DNA from: Gammaproteobacteria bacterium | Lineage (GTDB): Bacteria > Pseudomonadota > Gammaproteobacteria > JABABF01 | NCBI GenBank assembly: GCA_965237805.1 | Contig: OZ250153.1 | Coordinates: forward strand, 352,001-416,000 | Direction of reading: 5' to 3' | Length of the DNA stretch: 64,000 bases | In this document: positions 1-10,410 of the stretch, piece after piece | Position numbering within the stretch: position 1 is the first letter of the stretch | Layout: every line of letters starts with the position of its first letter | Translations under genes and position numbers: made by a program | Notes under the pieces: model-generated | What the model was told of the DNA's origin: nothing | Seen by the model: only the letters and a program-made list of their open reading frames with translations | Database searches by the model: none

Positions 1-629
1 ACCGCATTTTCAATTTGACGGAAGCCGCAGCTTCGGTAGACTATTTCCTCTCGCTGTACCCCGATCACAACCAGCGCGATTACGCTCTCTATCTGCGCGG
101 GCTCAGCAGTTTCTCAGACCGCTCCGGACTGCTGTTGCGTTGGCTACCCATAGACCGCTCACAGCGCGATATGAAAGATGCACGCACTGCATTCGACTTC
201 TTCTCGACTCTGCTCAACGAATACCCAGAGAGCGAGCTGGCCGAGAACACTCGCGCCCGCACCCGCTCCTTGCGCAACCTGCTGGCACGCCACGAGATGC
301 AGGTGGCCAACTATTATTTGAAGCGACACGCTTGGCTGGCAGCTGCCAAACGCGGGCAGTTCATCATCGAGCACTACCCGCACAGCCCGGCCGTGGCCGA
401 TGCACTCGCCACCATCAGCTACGCCTACGACCGGCTCGGTCTGAACACCATGGCGCACGATGCGGCAAAGGGTTTGGCCTTGAACTATCCAGATTACCCC
501 GGCCTCAATAGTGATGATGGCCAAGTGCGTCCGTTGAAGAACAGGATGCAAGTATGGCTCTCCTATGTGGGCATCATGCCGCTGCCAGCACCGCGCTTTG
601 ACAGCCGGGGGCTGGCGGAGACACTGTGA
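1..629 (+). CDS. bamD: Outer membrane protein assembly factor BamD (5' end truncated by window edge)
   Basis: TPR-like BamD motifs: 'YALYLRGL', 'F..LL..YP.S', 'LARHEMQVANYYLKR.AW.AA..R...IIEHYP.SPA..DAL...YDRLG'. Confidence 0.9.
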   Translation, partial: RIFNLTEAAASVDYFLSLYPDHNQRDYALYLRGLSSFSDRSGLLLRWLPIDRSQRDMKDARTAFDFFSTLLNEYPESELAENTRARTRSLRNLLARHEMQVANYYLKRHAWLAAAKRGQFIIEHYPHSPAVADALATISYAYDRLGLNTMAHDAAKGLALNYPDYPGLNSDDGQVRPLKNRMQVWLSYVGIMPLPAPRFDSRGLAETL

Positions 630-1954
630 ACGACGAGAGTGGTAGCGACTGGCAAGTAGCGACGGCCACGGTTGATGCGCCGCCGCGCTGGAAGCGGCGG
701 CAAGTACTGCACGGTGCCGCCATCGGCACAGGCATCGGCGGTGTGCTCGGCCTGCTCAATGGCTGCGCTGTGGGCAGCAGCCTGCAAGGCCTGATCCAAG
801 CCGCGACAGGAAATGCGCAGTCGGCTCAAAAAAGCCAAGCTGCGATGGCTGTGCTCGCCGACAGCGTGGACGATATCTCGGTGCGCTATGTCAGCGCGGT
901 GGCACGCTCACCGGCAGAGATCGCAGAGGGTCTCCGCTATCTGACACAGCTGCTCGGTGCCGCTTTCGAGCGCTTCGTCGAAGGTGACCCGACACGCCCC
1001 TATTTAATCAGCGCCTCCGCGACGAGACGCAAGCTGCTCGGCGACAACCCAGACGGCATCTATTATTTCAGCCAACTCGATGGGAAGCGCGAACACATCA
1101 TCCGCGGCAGGCGCAACGGACGCGAGTACCTCGGCATCACCGTACACGGCGGTGCGGGGCCCATAGGGCAGTGGAACTTGGCCGGTACCGCCCATATCAA
1201 CCACCGGAAAATCAAATACAAAAATCGGCGCGGAGATTACGAGATCCACCTGGGGCCGACACGCGGCAAGGCACTCAACTGGCTCCAAACCGGCCCCGAG
1301 ACCCACTATGTCATCTGCCGCCACTACTACGAGAACACAGTGTCGGTCGGCAATGATCCAGACATCGACCCGAAGCCGACGATCGAGCCGGTGCAGCGGC
1401 CGCCAGCGCCCGGACGGCTGTCGGACCAAATATTGGCAGAGCGCCTGCTCGCCGTGGTCGCGTTCATGCGCGCCAGCACCATTGACTTCCCAGCGCAGCT
1501 GATGCCCTACGCCTCCTCGCAGCCGAACCAACTCGGCACACCCTTCAATTTTGCCACCATGGGGCGGGACAACCACATGGGTGCCATCGACAATACCTAC
1601 AGCACTGGTGCCTTTCTGCTTGAGCCACAGGAAGTGCTGTTGATGGAAGGGCGGCTCCCCACTTGCTATTTTGCCAATATCGTGCTCAGCAACCACTTCT
1701 TACAATCGGGAGACTTCCGCCATCGTACCATCTCACTGAATCGTCGCCAGCTGCGACTGGAGCCGGATGGCAGCTACCGCATCGCCATCTCTGCGCATAA
1801 CCCGCAGACGGGCAACTGGCTGGACACCGCAGGACGGCGTTCCGGACTGCTCCAATGGCGCTTCCTGTTGGCAGAGGGGAAAGTGCAACGCCCGCGCACA
1901 CGCGTGGTCTCTTACGCCGAAGCGCGGGGTTTGCCCTCCTCTGGGCGGCCATAG
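626..1954 (+). CDS. DUF1214-like protein, putative Tat-exported lipoprotein
   Basis: N-terminal 'KRRQVL'-hydrophobic-'LLNGC' signal; 'GDNPDGIY', 'PDGSYRIAIS', 'NWLDTAGR.SGLLQWRF' motifs; GTGA overlap with the bamD stop. Confidence 0.7.
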   Translation: MNDESGSDWQVATATVDAPPRWKRRQVLHGAAIGTGIGGVLGLLNGCAVGSSLQGLIQAATGNAQSAQKSQAAMAVLADSVDDISVRYVSAVARSPAEIAEGLRYLTQLLGAAFERFVEGDPTRPYLISASATRRKLLGDNPDGIYYFSQLDGKREHIIRGRRNGREYLGITVHGGAGPIGQWNLAGTAHINHRKIKYKNRRGDYEIHLGPTRGKALNWLQTGPETHYVICRHYYENTVSVGNDPDIDPKPTIEPVQRPPAPGRLSDQILAERLLAVVAFMRASTIDFPAQLMPYASSQPNQLGTPFNFATMGRDNHMGAIDNTYSTGAFLLEPQEVLLMEGRLPTCYFANIVLSNHFLQSGDFRHRTISLNRRQLRLEPDGSYRIAISAHNPQTGNWLDTAGRRSGLLQWRFLLAEGKVQRPRTRVVSYAEARGLPSSGRP

Positions 1955-1955
1955 C

Positions 1956-3355
1956 ATGAGCGAATATTCCGACAGCGGCGAGGGGACATTGCAGCGGCTC
2001 GCCAGCCCGCCAGCACCCACGACGCCACCGCGAGCAACGGCAGCACGCCGGGACGACGCCAATTCCTGCGCCGCGCCGGACTCGGTGCCGGTGTGCTGGC
2101 AGCGCTGGGAACAGCTGAGGCGGCGGCACAGCAAGCACCGAGCATTGCGCCCAACAGCGCCAGCTCGGCGATGCGCGCGCTGAACGCCACCATACGCGAG
2201 CTTTCGACCAACTACTTCAGCCCGGCCAACGGCTTCGTCTCGGCAGACGATATCGTCGAAGGGCAGCGCTACCTGACACATCTGCTCGGTGCCGCCTACG
2301 AGTTCTATCTGGAGGGCGATGCCCTGCGACCCCAGTTCGTGAATATGGTCTCGCCAGTGCGAAAATTCCTCGGCGACAACCCGGATGCCCGCTATCACTT
2401 CAGCCTGATTGATGGCCGCCGCGACTACCGCATCCGCGGACAGCGCATGGGAAGGGAATATATCGCCTACACCGTGCACGGTGGCGATGCGGCGGACGGC
2501 AATTGGAATGTGCCCGGTATCGCCCATATCAACCACCGCCAAATCAGCCCGTCCAATCGGCGTGGTGAATACGAACTCTATATCGGCCCGACACCGCAAC
2601 CCGGACACAACTGGCTCCAAATAGGCCGGGAAGCGCGCTATGTGATCTGCCGCCACTACTACGAGCACCTCCATGCGGCCGCAGCCGACCCGGCGGTGCG
2701 CCCCAAACTCAGCATCGAGCAGCTGCCGGCAGCGGCAGCTCCCAGCGATCCCTTGCCCGACGCAGAGATCGCTCGCCGCCTGCGCGCAGTCATTCAGTTT
2801 TTGCGTACCAGCACCGTGGAGATGACACGCACAGTGCCAGCGTGGTGGTCTCAGGTGCCGAACCAGCTGGGCATCGTCGAGCATTTCGGCAGCGATCAAA
2901 AAGATATCGGCCTCGGCGCGCTCGACAACAGCTACAGCGCTGGCCCCTACCTGCTGGCACCCGGCCAAGTGCTGATCATGACCGGCCGCATGCCAGCCTG
3001 CTTCTTTGCCAATGTCGTGCTGTGGAACCGCTTCCTACAAACCGACGACTACCGCTATCGGCAGATCTCGCTAAACCGCCGCCAGATGAAACTGGACAGC
3101 GAAGGGCGCTATCAAATCGCCATCGGCCCGCACAACCCAGACCCGGCACGCTGGGATTGGCTGGACACCGGCGATCGCGCCTTCGGCATCATCCAATGGC
3201 GCTTCCTGCTCGCCGAAGGCACGGTGGAAACGCCGCGCTTGCAGCTGAGCACCATCGGTGCCTTGGCGCAGGGCACCACATGGCCGCCACCGGATGCTGC
3301 CGCCGCAGCCCCAGCTCAGCCAGCGACGGCAACAGACCCTGCCGCGAGCCCCTGA
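1956..3355 (+). CDS. Second DUF1214-like paralogue with Tat signal; 5' end apparently frameshifted
   Basis: Clearly paralogous to the upstream ORF (GDNPD, HYYE, WLDTG, QWRFLLAEG). 'RRQFLRRAG' lies in frame at about 2054-2080, upstream of the first in-frame start (GTG 2093); the ATG at 1956 is in another frame. Confidence 0.65.
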
Positions 3356-3406
3356 GCGACACTCAGCAGCAGTGATCAGCGGTCGGAACCGGGCACCGCG
3401 GACACG

Positions 3407-3973
3407 CTACTCCCCGGATGCACCCTCTTGAGCCGAGACAATACCGGTCGGCGCACCATCCAAGCTGAGCTGGTTGTTGTCGCGCCAATAATCACGCACC
3501 CCCGCCTTGCCTTTTTTCACAGCCCAACGCTGCAACGCATCGCGTTCCCCGATGTACTCTAAAAACGGCACTCCCATGCCGCAGGAAGTGCTGACTAAGT
3601 CTAGGCGGACATCGAGCAGCTGACGTGCGCCGGGCTGTGGCTCAAAGTGTCCGTACAGGCTGTGCCATTCGGGATCGCCGGGATGGTAGACACTGGCCGC
3701 ACCGTAGAGCCTGAGAATGATCGGCGCGCCCTCGAAGGCGCAGAACATCAAGGTGATGCGGTTGCATTGCAGCAAATGGGCTGCCGTCTCGTTGCCGCTA
3801 CCGGTCAGGTTGAGCCACAGCACCCGCTGGTCGTCGAGTATGCGCAGGGTGTCCATGCCTTTGGGTGATATGTTAACGTGACCATCGGCGGCCGCGGTGG
3901 CGACAAAGAAAACATGTTGCTCGCCGATGAAAGTGCTGAGGCGCTCATTCAGCCGCTCGTATTTCTTGCCCAT
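3407..3973 (-). CDS. Pyridoxamine 5'-phosphate oxidase-like FMN-binding protein
   Basis: 'MGKKY...FI..Q.VFFVATA..DG.VN.SPKG', 'LTGSGNETAAH', 'SCGMGVP'. Confidence 0.85.
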   Translation of the reverse strand: MGKKYERLNERLSTFIGEQHVFFVATAAADGHVNISPKGMDTLRILDDQRVLWLNLTGSGNETAAHLLQCNRITLMFCAFEGAPIILRLYGAASVYHPGDPEWHSLYGHFEPQPGARQLLDVRLDLVSTSCGMGVPFLEYIGERDALQRWAVKKGKAGVRDYWRDNNQLSLDGAPTGIVSAQEGASGE

Positions 3974-4125
3974 TGGATGTGGTATCGCAACGCAGGAACA
4001 CGCTTCATATGATAGCGCATGGTCACTGTCACACGCATCATGCAAGAGTCTCAAGCAGTCATATCAAGATCGACAGATACGGGGGCATGATCCTCGGTTG
4101 CTGGCCATGGAACAACACCCCGAGC

Positions 4126-5223
4126 CTAAGACCATAGCGGCAATTGGGTCCACAATTGGTAAGCTGAGCAGAATGCGGCCAACGCTTGGCGATCTTGTGC
4201 CGAAAGCAGTGGGTTGTCCCGCAACTGTTCTTCAAGCTGTGGGCACAATTCCAACGCACAGTCGGCATAGTTATCCGCACTCAAGCTCGCTTGTTCTAAG
4301 GCGGTAATAAAAACATCCGTCAAACGCATGCCCATACGCTCCTGATCAAAATCATCGTACAGATCGTGCTCATTGCGGTCTTGTCTGACGATGGGCGCCC
4401 CAAAAGCGATGCCATGGCCCAGATGGTCGGCGATGCGTTTGACGACAAAACTGGCGAAGATGTCGTCGTAGCGCCCGACATCCGGGCTCAGAAAATAGGC
4501 GGGCAACAGCTCGCGTGCAAGCGCGGTATTCTGCGAATTGAAAGGTGTCCAAACCCCCCCCGCAACAAAGAAATGCTCGGGACCATCATAGGACCGGACA
4601 TCAATCGGAGCAGCGAGGCGGGTCACGCCATCGATGTCCGGATCGCCCAGCCACAATCCGGCGTTCACCACCACCCGCTTGCGCTCACGGCATTGGGGAA
4701 ATGCCGGGTCATCGGCGATACGGCGAGCGGCCATGCCGTAACCTCGAGGGAAAAAACGGCGCTGATCGGCATCGCGTAAAAAACGGCAAATGTTGAACCA
4801 GCCCCCGGCACGAGCTTGCCCCATGCTGTCCAACTCAACTTCCGTGCCAGTGATGGCATGGCTGCCAAAATAATCTGAGCCGACGATGAAATTGTCATCG
4901 TCCACGGTGACCACGGTTTCGGCACCGTCCATCGCTGCTTTGAGCACCGCAACATTGCGCCGTTGGATACTGTTCCACGGCAGTGTTGCAGCAAAGTCTG
5001 GCCATGGCCGCAACAATAGCTCTTGTTCCGACACCCCCAAGTATTCGCAGCTGATCCCCGTTTCACGCTCCACTGAGCGACAAAACTCCACGGCAGGCTC
5101 CGGGGTTTTTCGATCCCCCGCCACATAGATCTTCAACTCACGTCGATGAGCGACAGCATCTTTGGCATAGTCCAAGAGTAGTTCAGGCACATTGATGGTG
5201 GTGATGATCAACGCTGTCGTCAT
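4126..5223 (-). CDS. RGP/UDP-sugar mutase (GT75) or STELLO-like glycosyltransferase-fold protein
   Basis: 'VAGDRKTP', 'RRN...L.A', 'TVDDDN', 'GLWLGDPDID', 'NSQNTA', 'GRYDDIFAS..VKRIADHLG'. Confidence 0.7.
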   Translation of the reverse strand: MTTALIITTINVPELLLDYAKDAVAHRRELKIYVAGDRKTPEPAVEFCRSVERETGISCEYLGVSEQELLLRPWPDFAATLPWNSIQRRNVAVLKAAMDGAETVVTVDDDNFIVGSDYFGSHAITGTEVELDSMGQARAGGWFNICRFLRDADQRRFFPRGYGMAARRIADDPAFPQCRERKRVVVNAGLWLGDPDIDGVTRLAAPIDVRSYDGPEHFFVAGGVWTPFNSQNTALARELLPAYFLSPDVGRYDDIFASFVVKRIADHLGHGIAFGAPIVRQDRNEHDLYDDFDQERMGMRLTDVFITALEQASLSADNYADCALELCPQLEEQLRDNPLLSAQDRQALAAFCSAYQLWTQLPLWS

Positions 5224-5576
5224 GGTTCACTCCGAACGCAATTTAAATGAATGCCCGCTCAAGACAGTGGCAGAGCCAAAGATAGGATCCGACACGGCCT
5301 GGGGAGCGTGACGATGACCACCTCTGAGTGGACTTCGAGCAGACCGCGCCACCTTGAGCGGCAATCGGCCCAGGTTTTTCTGCGACAGTCAAAGGTGCCC
5401 AAAATAGCGACCCGCAGGATCACTCTCCACACCACTCACTTATCGCCGCATATCAGTATAGTAGCAATCATCGCCTGCATCGCGCAATGCTCCAGACATC
5501 TGGGACCTCAGCTGCCGCTGCGCCAAGCGACTGGATCGAGCTCGCGCAAATCGTCGATCTGCTCCAAGAACCAACG

Positions 5577-6486
5577 CTAAGTGGATGCCAACCCAGCGCG
5601 CAAGCCGATGGCTGGACACCAGCCCAAGGCGAGCAATTTGGAGCTGTCGAGCAGCTTGCGCGGTGTACCATCAGGCCGCGAAGCATCGTAGCGGAGCTCC
5701 CCGTCGAAACCGACTGCCGCTTGCAACTCGGTGGCGATCTCGGCGCTGCTGCACTCCTCGCCACTGCCGATATTCAGCACATCGGGCACCCCGCCATCAG
5801 CTTTCAACTGCGCTTCCAAGATGAATAGCAAAGCGCGCGCCAGATCGTCGACATGGAGACAGTCCCGCATGGCTCGCCCACTGCCTCAGACTTCGACCCA
5901 GTCGGCGCGGGCCAATTTCGCCAAGTGGAAGCTGCGCATCAGGCCGGGAATCACATGGGAGTGCGCCCAGCTAAAACTATCGCCCGGGCCATAGAGCTTG
6001 GTCGGCATCACACTGCAGATCTCGAGGCCGTGCTGCTGCCGATAGGCTCTCCCCAGCTCAAAGCCCAGCCAATTTCGCCATCGCGTAGGCTCGGTTGGTC
6101 TGCTCTAAGGACCCGGTCATCAGACACTCTTCGCGCATCGGCTGGGGGCAGTAGTCGCGGGAGATTGATACAGCTGCTGCCCAAGAACAGCGTCACCGGA
6201 CAGTCATAGCGCCGTGCCGCCTCGATCAAGTTGGTCTGTCATCAGATGCTGGGCGATGAAGTCGCCAGAGGGGCTGCTGTTGGCGACGATGCCGCGGCCA
6301 GTGCGGCACCGATGATCTGCGCCCGCGGTCGCTCGGCAGCGAAGAAATCAAAGACAGCGGCCTGCCGCGTCAAATCCAAATCCGTGCGCGGGGCGATCAA
6401 CAGCTCGTCATAACCGGCTATCACTCAAAGCGCGATGCTCTGCGCTACCCACCCATGCCACGGTGGCCGGAGCTAAAAATCTTCAT
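5577..6486 (-). pseudogene. fcl: GDP-L-fucose synthase pseudogene (multiple frameshifts)
   Basis: Fragments spread over several frames: 'MKIF..GHRGM', 'LDLTRQAAV..FF..ERP', 'LFLGSSCI', 'LYGPGD.F...SHVIPGL', 'LHVDDLA', 'NIGSG', 'DGTPRKLLDSSKL..LGW'. Confidence 0.9.
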
Positions 6487-6613
6487 GCTGTGGGCAATGC
6501 TGTCATGGGGCGATGGCACGCTATCGAGCTGCAATGTGCGTGCGAGCAGCAATATGCGCGGATGAACACCGCGTCGGTGTTCATTATAAAATGCTGCCAG
6601 CAATGATCAGCGA

Positions 6614-8152
6614 TCAGTTGGCGACGCGATCAGTACTGCGCTTGCCAGCTGGTGTGGCTCCTGCGCCAACACTCACTAATCGCTGCGCGGCGACGACCCC
6701 GCCGCCAATGCCATGCGCCAATGCGGTGGCAAAGGAACTCCCAGCAGCAGCTAAAAACCAAGTAAACAACGGGGGAAAGGCCACATAGAGTGAAAACAAT
6801 AGTACCTGAAAGACCAGCTGAAAAAATCCGTTATCCAACAAGCCGAAAGCCGAGTCTGGAAGAATCGCAGCGGTGAGTGCGGTGTCCAGCCAAAACACTA
6901 GGCGGAATAAAAAACTCCAAAACACAATCGAGCTAAATGCCAAGCTGAGGGAGATCAGTAGTTCGAGCTGGAACAAGCCCACCGCGAGCAATATCGGCAA
7001 GGTTGCCACCAGTAACAACAACAGTAGCGACTGAATAATCGGTGCTGTATCCCGCACCAGTTTCAGGGACACGGCCAGTTCCGGAGCCGAGCGCACCGCA
7101 CCGAATCCGGCACCGATGCTCAGTGCGCTGTCGGCGATGCTGGCAGCCCAGCCGGTGCGTACCAACTCCCCTTTCAGCACCCCTTGGGCAAGCGGCCTGT
7201 CCGTGTGCAAAACAGCACGCAACAAGCGGTCATCTTCGGCGTCACTACGGGAACGAAACAAGTGGCGCCAGCGCGCACGCAAGCCGTGATCCAAGCTTGT
7301 TAGCAGTCTCGCTCTCAGCCCTAAATCACTGTCGAGCCACCACTGGCGGCAGGATGGAAAACCGCCATCAGCACTGAATTCAGCAGCGGCAAAGGTGTCG
7401 TCGCGTTCGCTGTCATAGGGAAAAGAAGACACGGCCTCAGCTGGAAACAGCTGGTCGTAATAACCCGGAGACTGCAGGAAAAAGCTCGACCCCGCCCACG
7501 ACAAATCCTCTTCCAGTGAGCTGCCCTCTGGCAATGGCTCGGAAGACGCCGTGCCAACACGCAAAAAACGCCTATAGGCCACTTTCCAACAAGCCCGTTG
7601 AAAATGTAATAACTCCTCGCGCAAGCGCGGATCACGCACCGAGGCGGCGACAATATCTGCAGACAGCGTACGCAAATCCAAGCGGCACGGTAAGGCATTG
7701 ATCGCAGCAGCGGTCAGTCCCCGGCTCAGATTGTTGAGTAGCCACCACCACAGTGGCACCGACACCGGCTCCCCCCCCAGTTCGAGGAAATCGTAATCCG
7801 ACGACTCGGCGGCGTGCCGCAATGTCAATCTGCGACGCATATCGGAATCGCTCAGCAGACAATCGTTCTCTGCGAAGACAAAATCCTTGGGGTGTACCGT
7901 CACGCTGGGCACGACACCGAGAAAGACGACGAGAAAAGCGAGATAGAGACGTAATTCGGATACTTGCAGAGCCGCCACACCGCGCTGCGCCAGCGGGATG
8001 CCAACAGTGGCACTACGCAAGCCACCGATCAGAATCGCCGCAAAAGGCAAATATGCCAAGCCGGTGTCGATCAGCAGTCGCCACAATGTGTCGTAGATGC
8101 GCCAAGCAGCTGCAGCCGTGACCAATTCGAGGAAGCTGCCGACGCTGTACAC
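6614..8152 (-). CDS. Conjugal transfer TraG N-terminal domain protein (PFGI-1 type)
   Basis: 'LLIDTGLAYLPF', 'VPLWW', 'LSWAGS.FFL..PGYY', 'FPYD..RD', 'GGFPSCRQWW.D...GLR.RLL', C-terminal TM helices. Confidence 0.88.
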   Translation of the reverse strand: MYSVGSFLELVTAAAAWRIYDTLWRLLIDTGLAYLPFAAILIGGLRSATVGIPLAQRGVAALQVSELRLYLAFLVVFLGVVPSVTVHPKDFVFAENDCLLSDSDMRRRLTLRHAAESSDYDFLELGGEPVSVPLWWWLLNNLSRGLTAAAINALPCRLDLRTLSADIVAASVRDPRLREELLHFQRACWKVAYRRFLRVGTASSEPLPEGSSLEEDLSWAGSSFFLQSPGYYDQLFPAEAVSSFPYDSERDDTFAAAEFSADGGFPSCRQWWLDSDLGLRARLLTSLDHGLRARWRHLFRSRSDAEDDRLLRAVLHTDRPLAQGVLKGELVRTGWAASIADSALSIGAGFGAVRSAPELAVSLKLVRDTAPIIQSLLLLLLVATLPILLAVGLFQLELLISLSLAFSSIVFWSFLFRLVFWLDTALTAAILPDSAFGLLDNGFFQLVFQVLLFSLYVAFPPLFTWFLAAAGSSFATALAHGIGGGVVAAQRLVSVGAGATPAGKRSTDRVAN

Positions 8153-8161
8153 AGCACCAGC

Positions 8162-9523
8162 TCAACGGGCTTTTGCAGGAGTGCCAAAACGATCCAAGCG
8201 CGGTGGCGGAGTGGGTGGCACCAGCGCTTGTAGCGGCTCGTTATTACGCCGGTGCGAGCGTTCCAAAATTGCCAGCGCTGTGCCAGCCAAGGCCTCGCGC
8301 CGCACCCGTTGCTCAAAGAGAATATTGTCGATCTCCTCCTCCAGCCTGCTCAGCAAACGCGTCGCTGATAGTTGCGCCTGCAAGTTTGCTGCCACATTGG
8401 GCTCTTGGCGCCCGAGCCGCAGCAGCGACCGCAGCGTCAATGCCTTTTCCAGAGCCCGTGCAAGGGCAATCTCCGCAGCGAGGCGGGTGCCGAGAATGGC
8501 GCGATTGGCTCCGCTCTCCTCACGCAGTGCATAGATCAATTTGGCGTTGATCGCCAGCCCCATGCCAGCCACCGCCAAAGCTGACAAAGCGGCGGCAGAC
8601 GGCCGCTGCGCCGCCGCGATCAAAGGCTCTAGTTGCTCCAACACTCGCTCTGTTTCGGAACGCAGCTCCGCCTGCAGGCCATGACCTACACGCGTCGCCA
8701 AGCCCTCGCAGTCAGCGCACAGACGCAGCTCTGTCTCGCCCAATACCGCCACCGCCCAAGCTGCCGCCGCTGCTGGCGACGACCAGACCAGCTCGGAAGA
8801 ATGAGCGGCGAGCGGCGCATCCCCGGAGGCGGCCTGCCGCCCACTCAATAGCTGGTGACCCGCCCGCACCAAATCAGTTGTCAATGCGATCGGCGGCTGC
8901 CCACGCCCTCCGGCCATTTTCCCCGCCACCCACTGGATGCCATCATCGCCACCCGATTGGCGCACCATGCGGGCAGCAGCGCCGGCATCGTCTCCTCGCT
9001 GCTCGGCCTGAGCCCAGCCAACGCGACGACCGATGCGCTGCCATCCATCCAGCAGGCTGCCGCTATTGTTAGCACTGTGTAGTTGACGACAGTCGCGCAC
9101 CGAGGATTCGAATTCGATACGGCCAGCTGTCAGCCCTTGGCTCAGCAAGTCGTACAAACCGGGATTGGCCCGTTGCAACACAGACATGGCGCTGGTACGC
9201 AAGATGGCTCCCGCCTGATCCACCAAAGCGCGATTCAAACCGTAGATATTGCGTCTGAAGTCATTCAGGTAATTCGAGACCGAAGCTCCCGGATTGAAAT
9301 CGCAGCGCCCGCTGATCCATCCACCATGCCCTGCCCCCAGGCGGCTTGGATCCACCTGCAGACCCAAACTGAATAGCGGGCTGCCGCCGCCAATGCGGTA
9401 ATACCAACGGCCATCTCCAGTCGGTACTCGCTCCGCTGCCAGCCCTCCAGCTGGTACCGCGCTGCAACACAACAAGCCACACAGCAAGGCCGGGAACCAG
9501 CGCCAGATAGCGCGATACTTCAC
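8162..9523 (-). CDS. Integrating conjugative element protein, PFL_4711 family (TIGR03755-like)
   Basis: 'YYRIGGG', 'LQRANPGLYDLL', 'GI.WV.G..AGG.GQ.PI', 'VLGE...R.C..C', 'G..EPNV'. Confidence 0.88.
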   Translation of the reverse strand: MKYRAIWRWFPALLCGLLCCSAVPAGGLAAERVPTGDGRWYYRIGGGSPLFSLGLQVDPSRLGAGHGGWISGRCDFNPGASVSNYLNDFRRNIYGLNRALVDQAGAILRTSAMSVLQRANPGLYDLLSQGLTAGRIEFESSVRDCRQLHSANNSGSLLDGWQRIGRRVGWAQAEQRGDDAGAAARMVRQSGGDDGIQWVAGKMAGGRGQPPIALTTDLVRAGHQLLSGRQAASGDAPLAAHSSELVWSSPAAAAAWAVAVLGETELRLCADCEGLATRVGHGLQAELRSETERVLEQLEPLIAAAQRPSAAALSALAVAGMGLAINAKLIYALREESGANRAILGTRLAAEIALARALEKALTLRSLLRLGRQEPNVAANLQAQLSATRLLSRLEEEIDNILFEQRVRREALAGTALAILERSHRRNNEPLQALVPPTPPPRLDRFGTPAKAR

Positions 9524-10410
9524 GGTGCCATCCCGAAATCAATCACCGTGAGCAAGCGCTGTCCGCGCGGTCGACAACAGCGGTAGGGGCGCCACAGATG
9601 CCAAGCGTAGCCGCCATCTTCAGCCACCGGCCCGTCTGGCTCGCCACCAAAGACGCGACACTCGCCGCGCGTCGGTATCAGCTGCTGCCACAGGCCGCTG
9701 GTAGCGTCGTTTTCCCGCAGTGGCCCCGGCCCTTGGCAACCTCTACCACAACTGCCACCAGCGTGGCGATAGACCCTAGATTGGTCGCGTCGGGTGACGA
9801 TATCGGCGGCGCGCTGCGCGACGACGGCAGCCATCTTGCGATCATCGCTCTGCAAGGCGAAGCCATGCCGGGGATAGATCGCACCCCAACTGTCGGCATC
9901 GAGACCGATGCGCCGCCGCCCCGGCAATACAGCATCCGGGTGCCACTGCTCCGGTATGGCAAGACGCCAGCCCAGCCAATCGGCCCCGCTCAGATAATAA
10001 GGATGCCACGGCAAGGCCGTCGAGGGGCACAGTCCGGGCAGACGCAACGCAGTCGCCGGACTGCCAATCAACTCGACGCGCTTGAAACGCAATGTGCTCT
10101 GGGAGCCATCAAAACGCACGCGATGGCCGCCACCAGAGCTGGGCAATGCACGCGTCAGGCGCTCGGCATAGCGCCAAGGCGAGCGTCCGTTGTGCGCGGT
10201 CACGACCAGATCTGGGCGGTAATGCGACCATTGCAAAGAAGAGCGCAACTGGCAGCTGAACACGGTGCAATGCCACCACAGACATAGACCGCTGAGCCGT
10301 ACCCGCTGGCAGCCTGTGTCCCCGGCCGCCACCAGCAAATCCGGGACCGCGGGAGCAGCGGTGACCGGGGAGCAGAGCAGCAGCAAGCAGATCAGCGCCG
10401 CCACCCTCAC
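9520..10410 (-). CDS. ICE protein PFL_4710 family (TIGR03756, TraU-like)
   Basis: Signal peptide; 'G.C.W..C..F.C', 'HY.PD.VV', 'PYYLS..D...WR...PE', 'WG.IYPR.GF', 'AVVAQRAADIVTR', 'W.LWRPY.CC'; GTG start overlaps the ATPase stop. Confidence 0.88.
   Translation of the reverse strand: MRVAALICLLLLCSPVTAAPAVPDLLVAAGDTGCQRVRLSGLCLWWHCTVFSCQLRSSLQWSHYRPDLVVTAHNGRSPWRYAERLTRALPSSGGGHRVRFDGSQSTLRFKRVELIGSPATALRLPGLCPSTALPWHPYYLSGADWLGWRLAIPEQWHPDAVLPGRRRIGLDADSWGAIYPRHGFALQSDDRKMAAVVAQRAADIVTRRDQSRVYRHAGGSCGRGCQGPGPLRENDATSGLWQQLIPTRGECRVFGGEPDGPVAEDGGYAWHLWRPYRCCRPRGQRLLTVIDFGMAP

Noticed and set aside
626-3355. Programmed amber readthrough fusing the two DUF1214-like genes
   Set aside because: The frames do match, but an internal Tat signal makes a fusion implausible and no recoding machinery is seen; an indel is simpler.
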